IMG/VR virus record: IMGVR_UViG_3300032893_000013
Span: 44,070 to 108,069 of that record
Reading direction: 5' to 3' (one strand)
DNA: 64,000 nt
Source: a virus
The translations under genes and the position numbers were made by a program. The notes beneath the pieces were generated by a model. The model was not told the origin of the DNA. It ran no database searches and saw nothing but the letters and a program-made list of their open reading frames with translations. How positions within the stretch are numbered: position 1 is the stretch's first letter; each line of letters starts with the position of its first letter. Below are positions 9,411 through 17,666 of the stretch, in pieces.

Positions 9411-11276
9411 TTAGTCAATTTCCCAAAAAAACGTCTTCGATTTGGATGATTTCACGCCGCCCGACGCGCCCTGCACCTTCTGTTCCTGGTTGATTTGTTG
9501 CGTCAGCCAGTTGTCATATTGGGCTTGTACTTTTTTCTTATACTCATCAATCGGCTCTTTCTGTTTCTGGGGATCATTCAGCGGATCGACGCCGGTATTG
9601 GCAGTCACAATCGGTTTCGAGCGGTGCCATCGGTTCTGGGCCGGGTAAGAAAGAGCGTCGTGGGAATCGTCGAATTCCTTGACCGGCTTGTCGGTCAGCT
9701 TGCCGGAAGTGTCGTATGCGAAATGGTATTTTTCAAAGTTGTTGACCAACGAATCCACGCGGCCTTTCAGACCGTAGAGTTTCGTTCCGCCCGCACTTGG
9801 GCACATTTTATCGCGTATGAGCGCAATGCCTTCGGTTGGATTTTTGTTGAAGTCATCGCCAACATTGACAACTTTTGAAATCATCTTGTTCACGGCGGGC
9901 GATGCAGTATCTGGATAGAGATGCGTGAAGCGGTACTTTTCCTTCATTTCCTGAACAATCTGCACACACTCTGGCGGTTCCAGCCCAGATTCCTCATACG
10001 AGCACATGATGTAAACGTTGTTGGAAGAGTCCTCAAAGATCACCACAATCGCAAACGGGTGAGTGTATCCATGGTCAACTCCAGCGTAGCGTTTCACGCC
10101 AGCCTTTATCATTTCGCGGATCAAATCATCTTCTGTAATGTCGAAGCCAGGATCTTTGCCGGAGAAAACTGTGTACATTTCACGCGGAGTCTTCTCAAAC
10201 TCATTGCGCTTGAATTTTGGATAAACGAGATCCTCTGCGGACGGTTGGAGGCTCATGCGCTGAGAAAGAAACCAATCGAAGGGTGAACTTTTGAAGTCGC
10301 TGATCGTTGCTTTGACCGGCTTGAGCGTTTTGCACAGTGATGTTTGTTTTTTCAGATCGCCCGAACAGAGAGCCTTGAGAGGGCAAGTGTAGCATCCTTT
10401 TTTGGCCTCTACGCGCTCAAACTTTCCTTTTTCAAGATCATCGAGCTTCTCATATTCAGCTTCAAGAATGGCTTTGTTCTCAAAAGGATTGACGTACATC
10501 GTCAACGGCTCAGTTCCAGAAATCGAATCGGGGCATCGTTTGGTGTTTTCGAGTGCTGTCCAGAACTTGAAGACGGCGCCTGTTTTGTGACGCTCTTCAT
10601 ACTCAGTCTCGATGATGGTGTAGCGCCCTTTTCTAGAGGAAATGCCGAATTTCACCCACGGACGGCCAGTGTCTGGCGTGTAAATCGGGATACCCGCAAT
10701 AGACGGATATGCGGCCAACTTGTTCGGAGCCAGAGACGCCAACTCGTCAATTGAAACGACAGGTTGGTGAGGCCCTTGGACTGAGGCTTCGGTAATTGGC
10801 AAGATTTCCACATCTACTTCATTCCCGGCCACAATGAACGTGGTCTTGGAAATCTTCGGAACATCTTTGAGGTAATCAGAAATGTATGGCTTTCCTACAA
10901 ACTTTTTGAAATACGAATAGGCACGATTAGCTTGATCTTCCGTTCCTCCAAGGTGAACAATACCTCGCCCAAAATGTAAAGGAAGGAGGACGGCCAGAAC
11001 AGCAGACGAAAGTGTTTTTTGTGAGCCTCGACCGGCAATATAGAATGTTGAGAGCGGCTCATCGGTTTCCTCATTTGCGCAGAATTGGTAAATGTCCCAG
11101 ACCATATCCAAAGGAGTGCTCGTCGCGTAGCGCGAAACAATGCAATCTGCCAGATCGACTTGAAGATAGTGCATGAGCCAATACTTCAAGTCTTCCTTGC
11201 GATTGAATCTCTGGCGGACCAGAGCTTTGCTAAATTCGTGACGCTCTTGAGGCGTCAGTTCGTTTATGTCACTCAT
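9411..11276 (-). CDS. terL: Terminase large subunit
   Basis: Variant Walker A AGRGSQKT, Walker B VSIDE, nuclease GVDHG and DDSHDA. Confidence 0.9.
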   Translation of the reverse strand: MSDINELTPQERHEFSKALVRQRFNRKEDLKYWLMHYLQVDLADCIVSRYATSTPLDMVWDIYQFCANEETDEPLSTFYIAGRGSQKTLSSAVLAVLLPLHFGRGIVHLGGTEDQANRAYSYFKKFVGKPYISDYLKDVPKISKTTFIVAGNEVDVEILPITEASVQGPHQPVVSIDELASLAPNKLAAYPSIAGIPIYTPDTGRPWVKFGISSRKGRYTIIETEYEERHKTGAVFKFWTALENTKRCPDSISGTEPLTMYVNPFENKAILEAEYEKLDDLEKGKFERVEAKKGCYTCPLKALCSGDLKKQTSLCKTLKPVKATISDFKSSPFDWFLSQRMSLQPSAEDLVYPKFKRNEFEKTPREMYTVFSGKDPGFDITEDDLIREMIKAGVKRYAGVDHGYTHPFAIVVIFEDSSNNVYIMCSYEESGLEPPECVQIVQEMKEKYRFTHLYPDTASPAVNKMISKVVNVGDDFNKNPTEGIALIRDKMCPSAGGTKLYGLKGRVDSLVNNFEKYHFAYDTSGKLTDKPVKEFDDSHDALSYPAQNRWHRSKPIVTANTGVDPLNDPQKQKEPIDEYKKKVQAQYDNWLTQQINQEQKVQGASGGVKSSKSKTFFWEID

Positions 11277-11955
11277 CGTCTTTCTTGTCTGTCTTCGCTT
11301 CGGATAATGCCAGCTTCTTCAGCATTTTGGACTGAAGTTCAGGATTTATAATCGTAACCGGCTGATTTGACTCAACCACAACTTTGGACTCAGAGCGGAT
11401 GTTGTGGTTGGACACTCGATCTTCTCCGGTGATCTTTTGAATGGTTTCAACCATAGCCTTGTACGCCGTTGGAGTGTTGAGCCAGTGATCGGGCTTGTCT
11501 TCTTCTTTGCCAGTCTGAATGTATCGCTTCGCCTTTTCGTTGAAATCTTTGTGGGCCACGGACATTTGGTTCATGGTGAATTCAAGCATTTCCAGCTTCA
11601 TCTTGGCCAATCGGGCGCCCATCTGAACCTGAAGATTGTAGACGTATTCGTCGCGGGCCTGATCCCACTTGTACTTTTTTCGCAAATAGAGAACATCGCC
11701 CTCTCGAACTTTCAGGTGAGAATTGACCTTGGCAATGTGCTCACATGAATAGCCTTCAAGGAAAAGTTGGTACATTTGCGCGGCCACACTAGGGGAAAGA
11801 GGAATGACGCCGGTCGTTTCGACTTTTTTCAGCGACTCCTGCTCTTTTGGAGTCAGAAGCGATGTGATGTCATCGGGTTTTGCTGCGGGAACCGGCTTAT
11901 TGTCACCAATTTCCGTTACATCCCTAGTTGGATTTTTGTTCGACGTGTCTTCCAT
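11269..11955 (-). CDS. Putative terminase small subunit (HTH plus helical)
   Basis: Overlaps the terL start; HTH-like LFLEGYSCEHIA...KYKW. Confidence 0.55.
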   Translation of the reverse strand: MEDTSNKNPTRDVTEIGDNKPVPAAKPDDITSLLTPKEQESLKKVETTGVIPLSPSVAAQMYQLFLEGYSCEHIAKVNSHLKVREGDVLYLRKKYKWDQARDEYVYNLQVQMGARLAKMKLEMLEFTMNQMSVAHKDFNEKAKRYIQTGKEEDKPDHWLNTPTAYKAMVETIQKITGEDRVSNHNIRSESKVVVESNQPVTIINPELQSKMLKKLALSEAKTDKKDDE

Positions 11956-12343
11956 CTATCATCACCTTTATTTTTGTATCGTCGCCCCAAAGAAGCTCAC
12001 GAGTCCAGGTATTCAAATTGATCGTTGCCAACGCGACTTCATCGAGATACTTCTTCTTGGAAGTCAGCATGTTCAGCTTGATCGACCACTTATTGCGAGG
12101 CGACAACTTTTTCTCTTTATTGCGCTTCCAATAACCGCTGGTGTAAATCTGATACGAGACGCTCTTGTTGTCCGCATCAATCTCAACCGTTCCGTCAAGT
12201 GCTGTCTTGCAGCACGCGACCAAATAGCACTCAAGCTGTCGAATGTGAAACTCATGTAGGATGCCATAATTCCTGAGAAGCAACTTTGCTATCAGGAGTT
12301 GGCGTTTCCAAGATTTGGTATTAGAGTCTGAAGTTTGGTCCAT
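11924..12343 (-). CDS. Hypothetical protein
   Basis: Coupled ORF in the operon. Confidence 0.5.
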   Translation of the reverse strand: MDQTSDSNTKSWKRQLLIAKLLLRNYGILHEFHIRQLECYLVACCKTALDGTVEIDADNKSVSYQIYTSGYWKRNKEKKLSPRNKWSIKLNMLTSKKKYLDEVALATINLNTWTRELLWGDDTKIKVMIDGRHVEQKSN

Positions 12344-13350
12344 ATCTTAGCTTTCGTTTGATCGTCTGCATCGTAAACCTTGTGGACGTACTGATGCAAT
12401 GATTTGTTGACGCTGCCGCCTTCTGCTTCGATGTCGATTTTCTTTCTGATGTCTTTCCGTATGTCCGGTATGAACTTCACACGTTCGGTGAGATGACCAT
12501 ACAGGGCCAAGGTTTCTCGGTAAAACTCTTCTGATCCGTGAACACAAATCCGCACATCATCTTTCGGATTCCATTTACTTTCATCAACCGGCAAATGCTC
12601 TTTGCCTTCTTCGATGTCATAACGTATGAACGACTTCACAAGGCCGTTGGTCGAATACTTCATCCACTGATCGTTTTGGTTATCGTAGACAAAAATCCCT
12701 TTGTTCTCGTTATATTCTGTTGGAAGGAGTGCTCTCGGAGTTCCTGGATAGTAAACATTACCAACACGCTGCTCCATATGGATGTGACCAGAAATAATTC
12801 TACGCTGGGGCAAACGACGTTGATCGACGCCTCCTGGAGCAAGGCTTTTATTTTCATAGTAAGCTCCCTCAACAGTTTGATGACAGACTAAAATTTTGTC
12901 TGCGTTTTGTTGGCAAGTTTGGACAAACTTCTCATTATCACCAATGAACGGAACCATGAAATAAGGACCGTCCACCATTCCCTTTTCAGTATCATCAACG
13001 ACATGAACGGAAGGGATGCCATCGAATACAAGGCGAACAGCATTCTTCTCGACAGAGTGTGGAGAAGAGCCGTCATGATTGCCTGCCATCAAAAATGGCT
13101 GTCGCGCAGTTCGCTGGAAAATCTCAAGCATTTTGTCACGCACAAAATATGCTGTCTCTTGGCGCACAACAGAGTGAGTATGGAAAATATCACCAAGGAA
13201 AATGATGCGATGGACAGAAGGATTTTCTTCTGCCGTCTTCGCAACTAAATCGAGTATCAGGCCCGTGTCTTCCATGTTAGACGGCATTGCGTGCAAGTCG
13301 CCGACAAAGAGAGTATAGCCATTGTTTGCAAAATCTAAATTATTGTCCAT
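12292..13350 (-). CDS. sbcD: SbcD/Mre11-like nuclease
   Basis: GDLH, GDIFH, GNHD, HQ, GHIH and YPGTP metallophosphoesterase motifs. Confidence 0.85.
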   Translation of the reverse strand: MDNNLDFANNGYTLFVGDLHAMPSNMEDTGLILDLVAKTAEENPSVHRIIFLGDIFHTHSVVRQETAYFVRDKMLEIFQRTARQPFLMAGNHDGSSPHSVEKNAVRLVFDGIPSVHVVDDTEKGMVDGPYFMVPFIGDNEKFVQTCQQNADKILVCHQTVEGAYYENKSLAPGGVDQRRLPQRRIISGHIHMEQRVGNVYYPGTPRALLPTEYNENKGIFVYDNQNDQWMKYSTNGLVKSFIRYDIEEGKEHLPVDESKWNPKDDVRICVHGSEEFYRETLALYGHLTERVKFIPDIRKDIRKKIDIEAEGGSVNKSLHQYVHKVYDADDQTKAKIWTKLQTLIPNLGNANS

Positions 13351-13678
13351 TTGAACTCAACGGAAGTGCTTCAGGTCGGCCATCGGCTGTTTTGTTTTTT
13401 CTCGGGCGCTTGTGGAACACCGGAAGTTCTTCGTGCATCAAAATGAAGGTCACGTCACCAAGTTGCAACTTTTGAGTTGCCTGCGGCAAACGCATCACAT
13501 CCGCACGGAAATACAAAATATCGCCCTTCTTAAAGCGTTCGGAGTCGAACAAAACTTCTGTCTCGATCAATTTCGTGACCGTCACGTCAGTCAAGTCAAG
13601 ACCTTTCACGCGCTGACGTTCTTCGGTGTCTTTTTTGAACGGCGCAACGGCGACCTGCTTATTCATCGTTTCCATCAA
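13340..13678 (-). CDS. Divergent GroES-like co-chaperonin
   Basis: Aligns by eye to Cpn10: N.QVAV.P, mobile-loop-like KGLDLT, EVL, KKGDILYF, DVTFILMHE. Confidence 0.55.
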   Translation of the reverse strand: MMETMNKQVAVAPFKKDTEERQRVKGLDLTDVTVTKLIETEVLFDSERFKKGDILYFRADVMRLPQATQKLQLGDVTFILMHEELPVFHKRPRKNKTADGRPEALPLSSNGQ

Positions 13679-14675
13679 TTTTGATCCCTTTCAATCGTAA
13701 AACTTTTCTTTCAATCAAGGATAATACACCAAAACTTTTCTGAAGTACATCCAAAGTGTCATCGTCCTCAACGGCCTGGTATCCGTCCATGCCATCAGTC
13801 GGGGCTACGAACGTATCTACCAGTCGGGTGTCGGAGTCTTCCGAAATGGTATCATCAAGCGATGAGTAGGAAGTGGCGGCGAGTAAATCATTCACTTCTT
13901 CTTCAGCGATGTCCAAAGCCTGAGCCACATCTCTGTTTTGCATATTCGGATTTTTTTGTAACATTTTCCGAATCTGATAGAGTTTTTTCTTGGCGTGTTC
14001 ACCAACCGTAGCAGATGAAATGGTCGATCCGTTGCTTATGAGATTGCTGATGATTCTTCCAATAGCCATAGCGTGGAAGCTGGAGGCTTCTTCGTCCATC
14101 ACATATTTGTCCACAGCCACAACAAGTGCTTCATTGGCAAGTTGGATCAAGTCCTCAAACTCAGACGCTCCAGCGGCCCAAGACTTCTTGAAAATTCCAG
14201 CTTTATGAAGCGAAAGGTACAAATGCTTGTTGATGATTTCTTCGCGCAATTCCTTGATCTCTGAGAAAAGTTTACTCAAAGTCTCGCGGAACGTCGGCTT
14301 CTTGTCTTTCTTCTCTTCCTTGCCCTCAAGACACTGGATGGCAAAAAGGCAGAATCGGTAATTTATCGGGACCGGATACATGAGCTTTGGCTGAACGTCT
14401 CGTATAGCCTTGTTCACCGTGTCGAGGTACGAATCCTGCCGAGCGCGGAAATATGACTTGGCAACTTTGATGCCGCCCTGCGACCGGGAAATTTTCTGAA
14501 TGAATTCCAGATATACCTTGCGGCCCGCCGCCGTAGATTGTAACTTTTTCGCAAAAAGCTGTTCGCGCTCATAGAGTCTTCCGAAAACTTCCAGGATGTC
14601 CTCATCCGAAAGATTCTTGAGGGCACCGTTGATGTCCTCCAGGTAGACTTTTACGAGATCCGCGAATTCGTTCAT
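13659..14675 (-). CDS. Sigma-70 family factor lacking region 4.2
   Basis: Region 2 EDLIQLANEALVVAVDKY...SF, region 3 HTH, region 3.2 SLDDTISEDSD, region 4.1 LSLIERKVLRLKG, then stop. Confidence 0.82.
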   Translation of the reverse strand: MNEFADLVKVYLEDINGALKNLSDEDILEVFGRLYEREQLFAKKLQSTAAGRKVYLEFIQKISRSQGGIKVAKSYFRARQDSYLDTVNKAIRDVQPKLMYPVPINYRFCLFAIQCLEGKEEKKDKKPTFRETLSKLFSEIKELREEIINKHLYLSLHKAGIFKKSWAAGASEFEDLIQLANEALVVAVDKYVMDEEASSFHAMAIGRIISNLISNGSTISSATVGEHAKKKLYQIRKMLQKNPNMQNRDVAQALDIAEEEVNDLLAATSYSSLDDTISEDSDTRLVDTFVAPTDGMDGYQAVEDDDTLDVLQKSFGVLSLIERKVLRLKGIKIDGNDE

Positions 14676-16114
14676 GTTCTGTATTCCAAAATTTGGACCG
14701 GCCCAACTTCTTTGAGCAGCTTGATCCTGGCATTACCATGCCTCTTGAGCATAGGGACGTTGTTGACACGGAAATCAACCAGCTTACACTCAGTCTTTCC
14801 GGTTTCTTTGTCGATGCGAGTGCTCCTGCCTATGACGCCTTGCTTGAATTTCGTTTCTGCCTTGCCGCCCTGCCAATTTATGGTGAGACGAACGGGCTTG
14901 AAGTTCGTGCCAGTTGATACAGCCGAAGTTCCAACGACGCACATAATCTTGCCAGCGTTGAAGTCTTGACAAATCTGGTCCGTGTCGGCGCCGCCGCGTG
15001 CGTAGGCATAGACGGGACCGATTCGATTGCGGAGCGCCAGTTCTTGTTCGTGCTCATCAATCAGAATCAGCGTCGGAAGACCTTGAGCTAGAGCGTCGGG
15101 AACCATCTGAGCAATGATGTCAAGGATGAAGTTGTTGCGATAAAAGTGGCTTTGATTCATCTTCACGGTGTTGTTACTGTTGGTGTACGCCGAATATGAA
15201 GGAACGTCGAACACGAGGGTATTGAGCTTTGCCAGATAGCCCTTTTCTTGACCTTCTTGAATCGTCATCGAATAAACGTTCTTGCCAATAATTCCCTCAA
15301 GCAAAAGATCCTTGCCATCATTTCGTTCCTGAGTCGCAGAGAGAAACCAGCGGTACGGGCAGTGCCCGAGAACACTGTGGCAAAAATAGTTAAATTGATT
15401 TGCGGGAAGCGTGTGTGATTCATCGCTGATGAAAACTTGGTACTTCTTGAATTTGTCGAGCTTTTCTTCATCTTTCACGAGAGCCAAGCTCTTGCCGACA
15501 CAAACGAGTATGTCCTTGCCAATTTCTTTTTTGCTTCCGCCAAACATGCCGACTTTGCGCTTGCCGAAATACCGACACAAGTCGTTGTACATTGACTTTG
15601 CCAAGCCAATCGTAGGAGTAGAGATGATCGTCGGCAGTCCCGTTGCCTTCACCAGCAAAACAGCGATGTGACTTTTCCCAAGTCCAGTCGCAATTTCGAC
15701 GTGCGAATGCGGACTGTTCAGCATTCCCTCTACCGCTTTGTCTTGATAGTCATAGGGATCAAAGTCTGGAATACGATCCCACGGAATCAACTGAAAGTCC
15801 GGGTAGTAAACTTGATTTTCAAATTCGACCTGAAACTCTCGTTGCAATCGAGACAAAACTCCGGGCAGCGTGTAATAGCCCTCTTCATCTTCGTAGAGAA
15901 GAGACTTGTACAGTTCTTCCTCCAGATCGGCAAGCATCTCGTGGAAGCGTTCTTTGCCGTACTGCTTGATGTAAAATGGATTTTTCTTCAGGCGACGGAT
16001 TTTCTCATCTACCGTAGCGTCTCGGTACTTCAGAACATTCTGAAGAGTCATGACTTCAGCTTCAGAAGCGTTTTGGATTCTAAGTTTTACTGGCGTTTGA
16101 AGAATCAGTTTCAT
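14672..16114 (-). CDS. SF2 helicase (UvsW-like)
   Basis: YDYQ, ATGLGKS, DESH, SAT and Q..GR motifs. Confidence 0.88.
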   Translation of the reverse strand: MKLILQTPVKLRIQNASEAEVMTLQNVLKYRDATVDEKIRRLKKNPFYIKQYGKERFHEMLADLEEELYKSLLYEDEEGYYTLPGVLSRLQREFQVEFENQVYYPDFQLIPWDRIPDFDPYDYQDKAVEGMLNSPHSHVEIATGLGKSHIAVLLVKATGLPTIISTPTIGLAKSMYNDLCRYFGKRKVGMFGGSKKEIGKDILVCVGKSLALVKDEEKLDKFKKYQVFISDESHTLPANQFNYFCHSVLGHCPYRWFLSATQERNDGKDLLLEGIIGKNVYSMTIQEGQEKGYLAKLNTLVFDVPSYSAYTNSNNTVKMNQSHFYRNNFILDIIAQMVPDALAQGLPTLILIDEHEQELALRNRIGPVYAYARGGADTDQICQDFNAGKIMCVVGTSAVSTGTNFKPVRLTINWQGGKAETKFKQGVIGRSTRIDKETGKTECKLVDFRVNNVPMLKRHGNARIKLLKEVGPVQILEYRT

Positions 16115-16301
16115 TTTCAGGTTCCCAAAAGTGGTCGGAAAATTTTTGTCCGGCGACAGAATATTCCGCTCGTGGAGGAATCATGCCTGCCTCTTGAATT
16201 GCTTTCAGAATTTCATTAGGCCAATGGTCACTCAATAAAACGACATCATCCATCTGAAGCAAAACGTCTTTGATTTTTTTCAGCATTTCACTTCGCTTCA
16301 T
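16080..16301 (-). CDS. Small EAGMxPP-family protein
   Basis: Paralog of 58388..58618. Confidence 0.55.
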   Translation of the reverse strand: MKRSEMLKKIKDVLLQMDDVVLLSDHWPNEILKAIQEAGMIPPRAEYSVAGQKFSDHFWEPENETDSSNASKT

Positions 16302-16433
16302 CGAGACGTGACTCTCATCAAAAAAAGAAGGCCGAGGAGTATTGCAACTTCGGCGATTACTGGATTGGCTGATAGCAAAAAGTACGCCTGCCAGAGAAGA
16401 TGTCTAATTTTCATGGGATAGCCTCTGTTGCCC

Positions 16434-16462
16434 ATACTAGCGTCTCAAAATGGGATTGTCAA
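16434..16462 (-). promoter_or_regulatory. Leftward sigma70-like promoter
   Basis: TTGACA-N17-TAGTAT on the minus strand. Confidence 0.65.
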
Positions 16463-16473
16463 GCGGAAATCAA

Positions 16474-16502
16474 TTGACCTGTGTACTTTTTTGGGACATA
16501 CT
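16474..16502 (+). promoter_or_regulatory. Rightward sigma70-like promoter
   Basis: TTGACC-N17-CATACT; ATG 6 nt downstream. Confidence 0.65.
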
Positions 16503-16508
16503 CAGGCA

Positions 16509-17411
16509 ATGTCGGCAAAAAAGCAGTTTGAAAAACTTCCATACCACATCCTGTTGAACCCCGATCTTTCGCCAGAATCCAAGCTACTCTTCCTGATCCT
16601 TAAGAAATATAAAGGCTTTGGGAAGGCGTTTGCCAAGATTGACACACTCGCGGAGCGTCTCAACTGCTCCAGGAACTGCATTGGATCATACGTCGATGAG
16701 CTTGTAAAGGCAAAGCTCCTGACTTACAAAAAAGGCGGCTTCAAAAAGGCCAATGAATACGAGCCTGACATGAATCCGGCGACGCGCTATGCCATGGTTT
16801 CCGTTGATTTTCTTCAAAGTAAAAATTTTACATCAACTGAAAAAATTATACTGATCTACCTGAAGGAGCGGGCCGGTCTTGAATTCGGCTACAGGCAGAT
16901 GTCAAAGGACCTTGGACTTAGCCCCAAAACCTTCCAGCGGTTTTTCTCCGGCGACAAATGGCACCGATTCTTCGTGAGAAACGTCGGCCAGGGAAAGAAC
17001 AAAAGTACATACACACTCACGAAAGAGGGGCATTCAATCTCGGAAGGGGGTATGGACATTTTTGACGATGGTATGGACAAAACCGTGTCTCTACCTGTGG
17101 ACAAAACTGTGCAAGGGGTATGGACAAATCTGACAGGGGGTATGGACAAAACCATGTCACCAATCAGACTTAATAAAAACAGACTTAGGAAATCAGACTT
17201 AAACATTCAAGTCTTTTCTATTCAGACATGGAATTGCAGTTGTGGATGCAAGACAGAAGACGAACATAAAAAATTCCAAGAAAAAATTAAAGCCGACTTC
17301 GATAGAGAAATTTCTCGTCCTCCCAAAAAGACTATCCTCTCAGAACAACAAGAAGAAATGGCAAAAAAAATCAAAGAGTGGGAACAAACAGGCTTCTTTC
17401 CCAAAAAATAG
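16509..17411 (+). CDS. Replication initiator-like protein with tandem winged HTH and internal iterons
   Basis: Two related HTH blocks (LSPESKLL...TLAERLNCS; FTSTEKII...QMSKDLGLS); GMDK repeats; lambda O-like layout. Confidence 0.75.
   Translation: MSAKKQFEKLPYHILLNPDLSPESKLLFLILKKYKGFGKAFAKIDTLAERLNCSRNCIGSYVDELVKAKLLTYKKGGFKKANEYEPDMNPATRYAMVSVDFLQSKNFTSTEKIILIYLKERAGLEFGYRQMSKDLGLSPKTFQRFFSGDKWHRFFVRNVGQGKNKSTYTLTKEGHSISEGGMDIFDDGMDKTVSLPVDKTVQGVWTNLTGGMDKTMSPIRLNKNRLRKSDLNIQVFSIQTWNCSCGCKTEDEHKKFQEKIKADFDREISRPPKKTILSEQQEEMAKKIKEWEQTGFFPKK
17046..17201. repeat. Putative replication origin: 5 iterons plus 3 AT-rich CAGACTTA repeats
   Basis: TGGACA cores at 17053, 17074, 17098, 17121 and 17143; CAGACTTA at 17165, 17180 and 17194. 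Confidence 0.75.
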
Positions 17412-17459
17412 TTGCTTCAAGGACCTTCAAATTGGGATATTAACCTTGTAGGAGCTACT

Positions 17460-17663
17460 ATGGATTTGTTTACCCTTACGGAATTGAAAACTATTCACTC
17501 AGCACTCTGCCTGAGAGAAGCAACTCTTCTTCAGATCGCCGACACTGAACACACTGAAGTTCCACCGGAACAGAGATTTTTTGTTCCGCAACTTCGACAG
17601 GTTCGTCTTTTGAAAGAAAAAGTTGCATCTGAAATTCGCGTTTCCCTGAGAACGGAAGGATAA
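17460..17663 (+). CDS. Hypothetical protein
   Basis: SD AGGAG before ATG 17460. Confidence 0.55.
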   Translation: MDLFTLTELKTIHSALCLREATLLQIADTEHTEVPPEQRFFVPQLRQVRLLKEKVASEIRVSLRTEG

Positions 17664-17666
17664 AAA

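Noticed and set aside
16428-16508. Upstream TTG start for the initiator given in the ORF track
   Set aside because: Overlaps the divergent promoter pair; ATG 16509 is more plausible
17046-17158. Repeats as a mini-CRISPR or DGR template
   Set aside because: Short degenerate units inside a CDS with about 22-bp period; no reverse transcriptase or cas gene in the window
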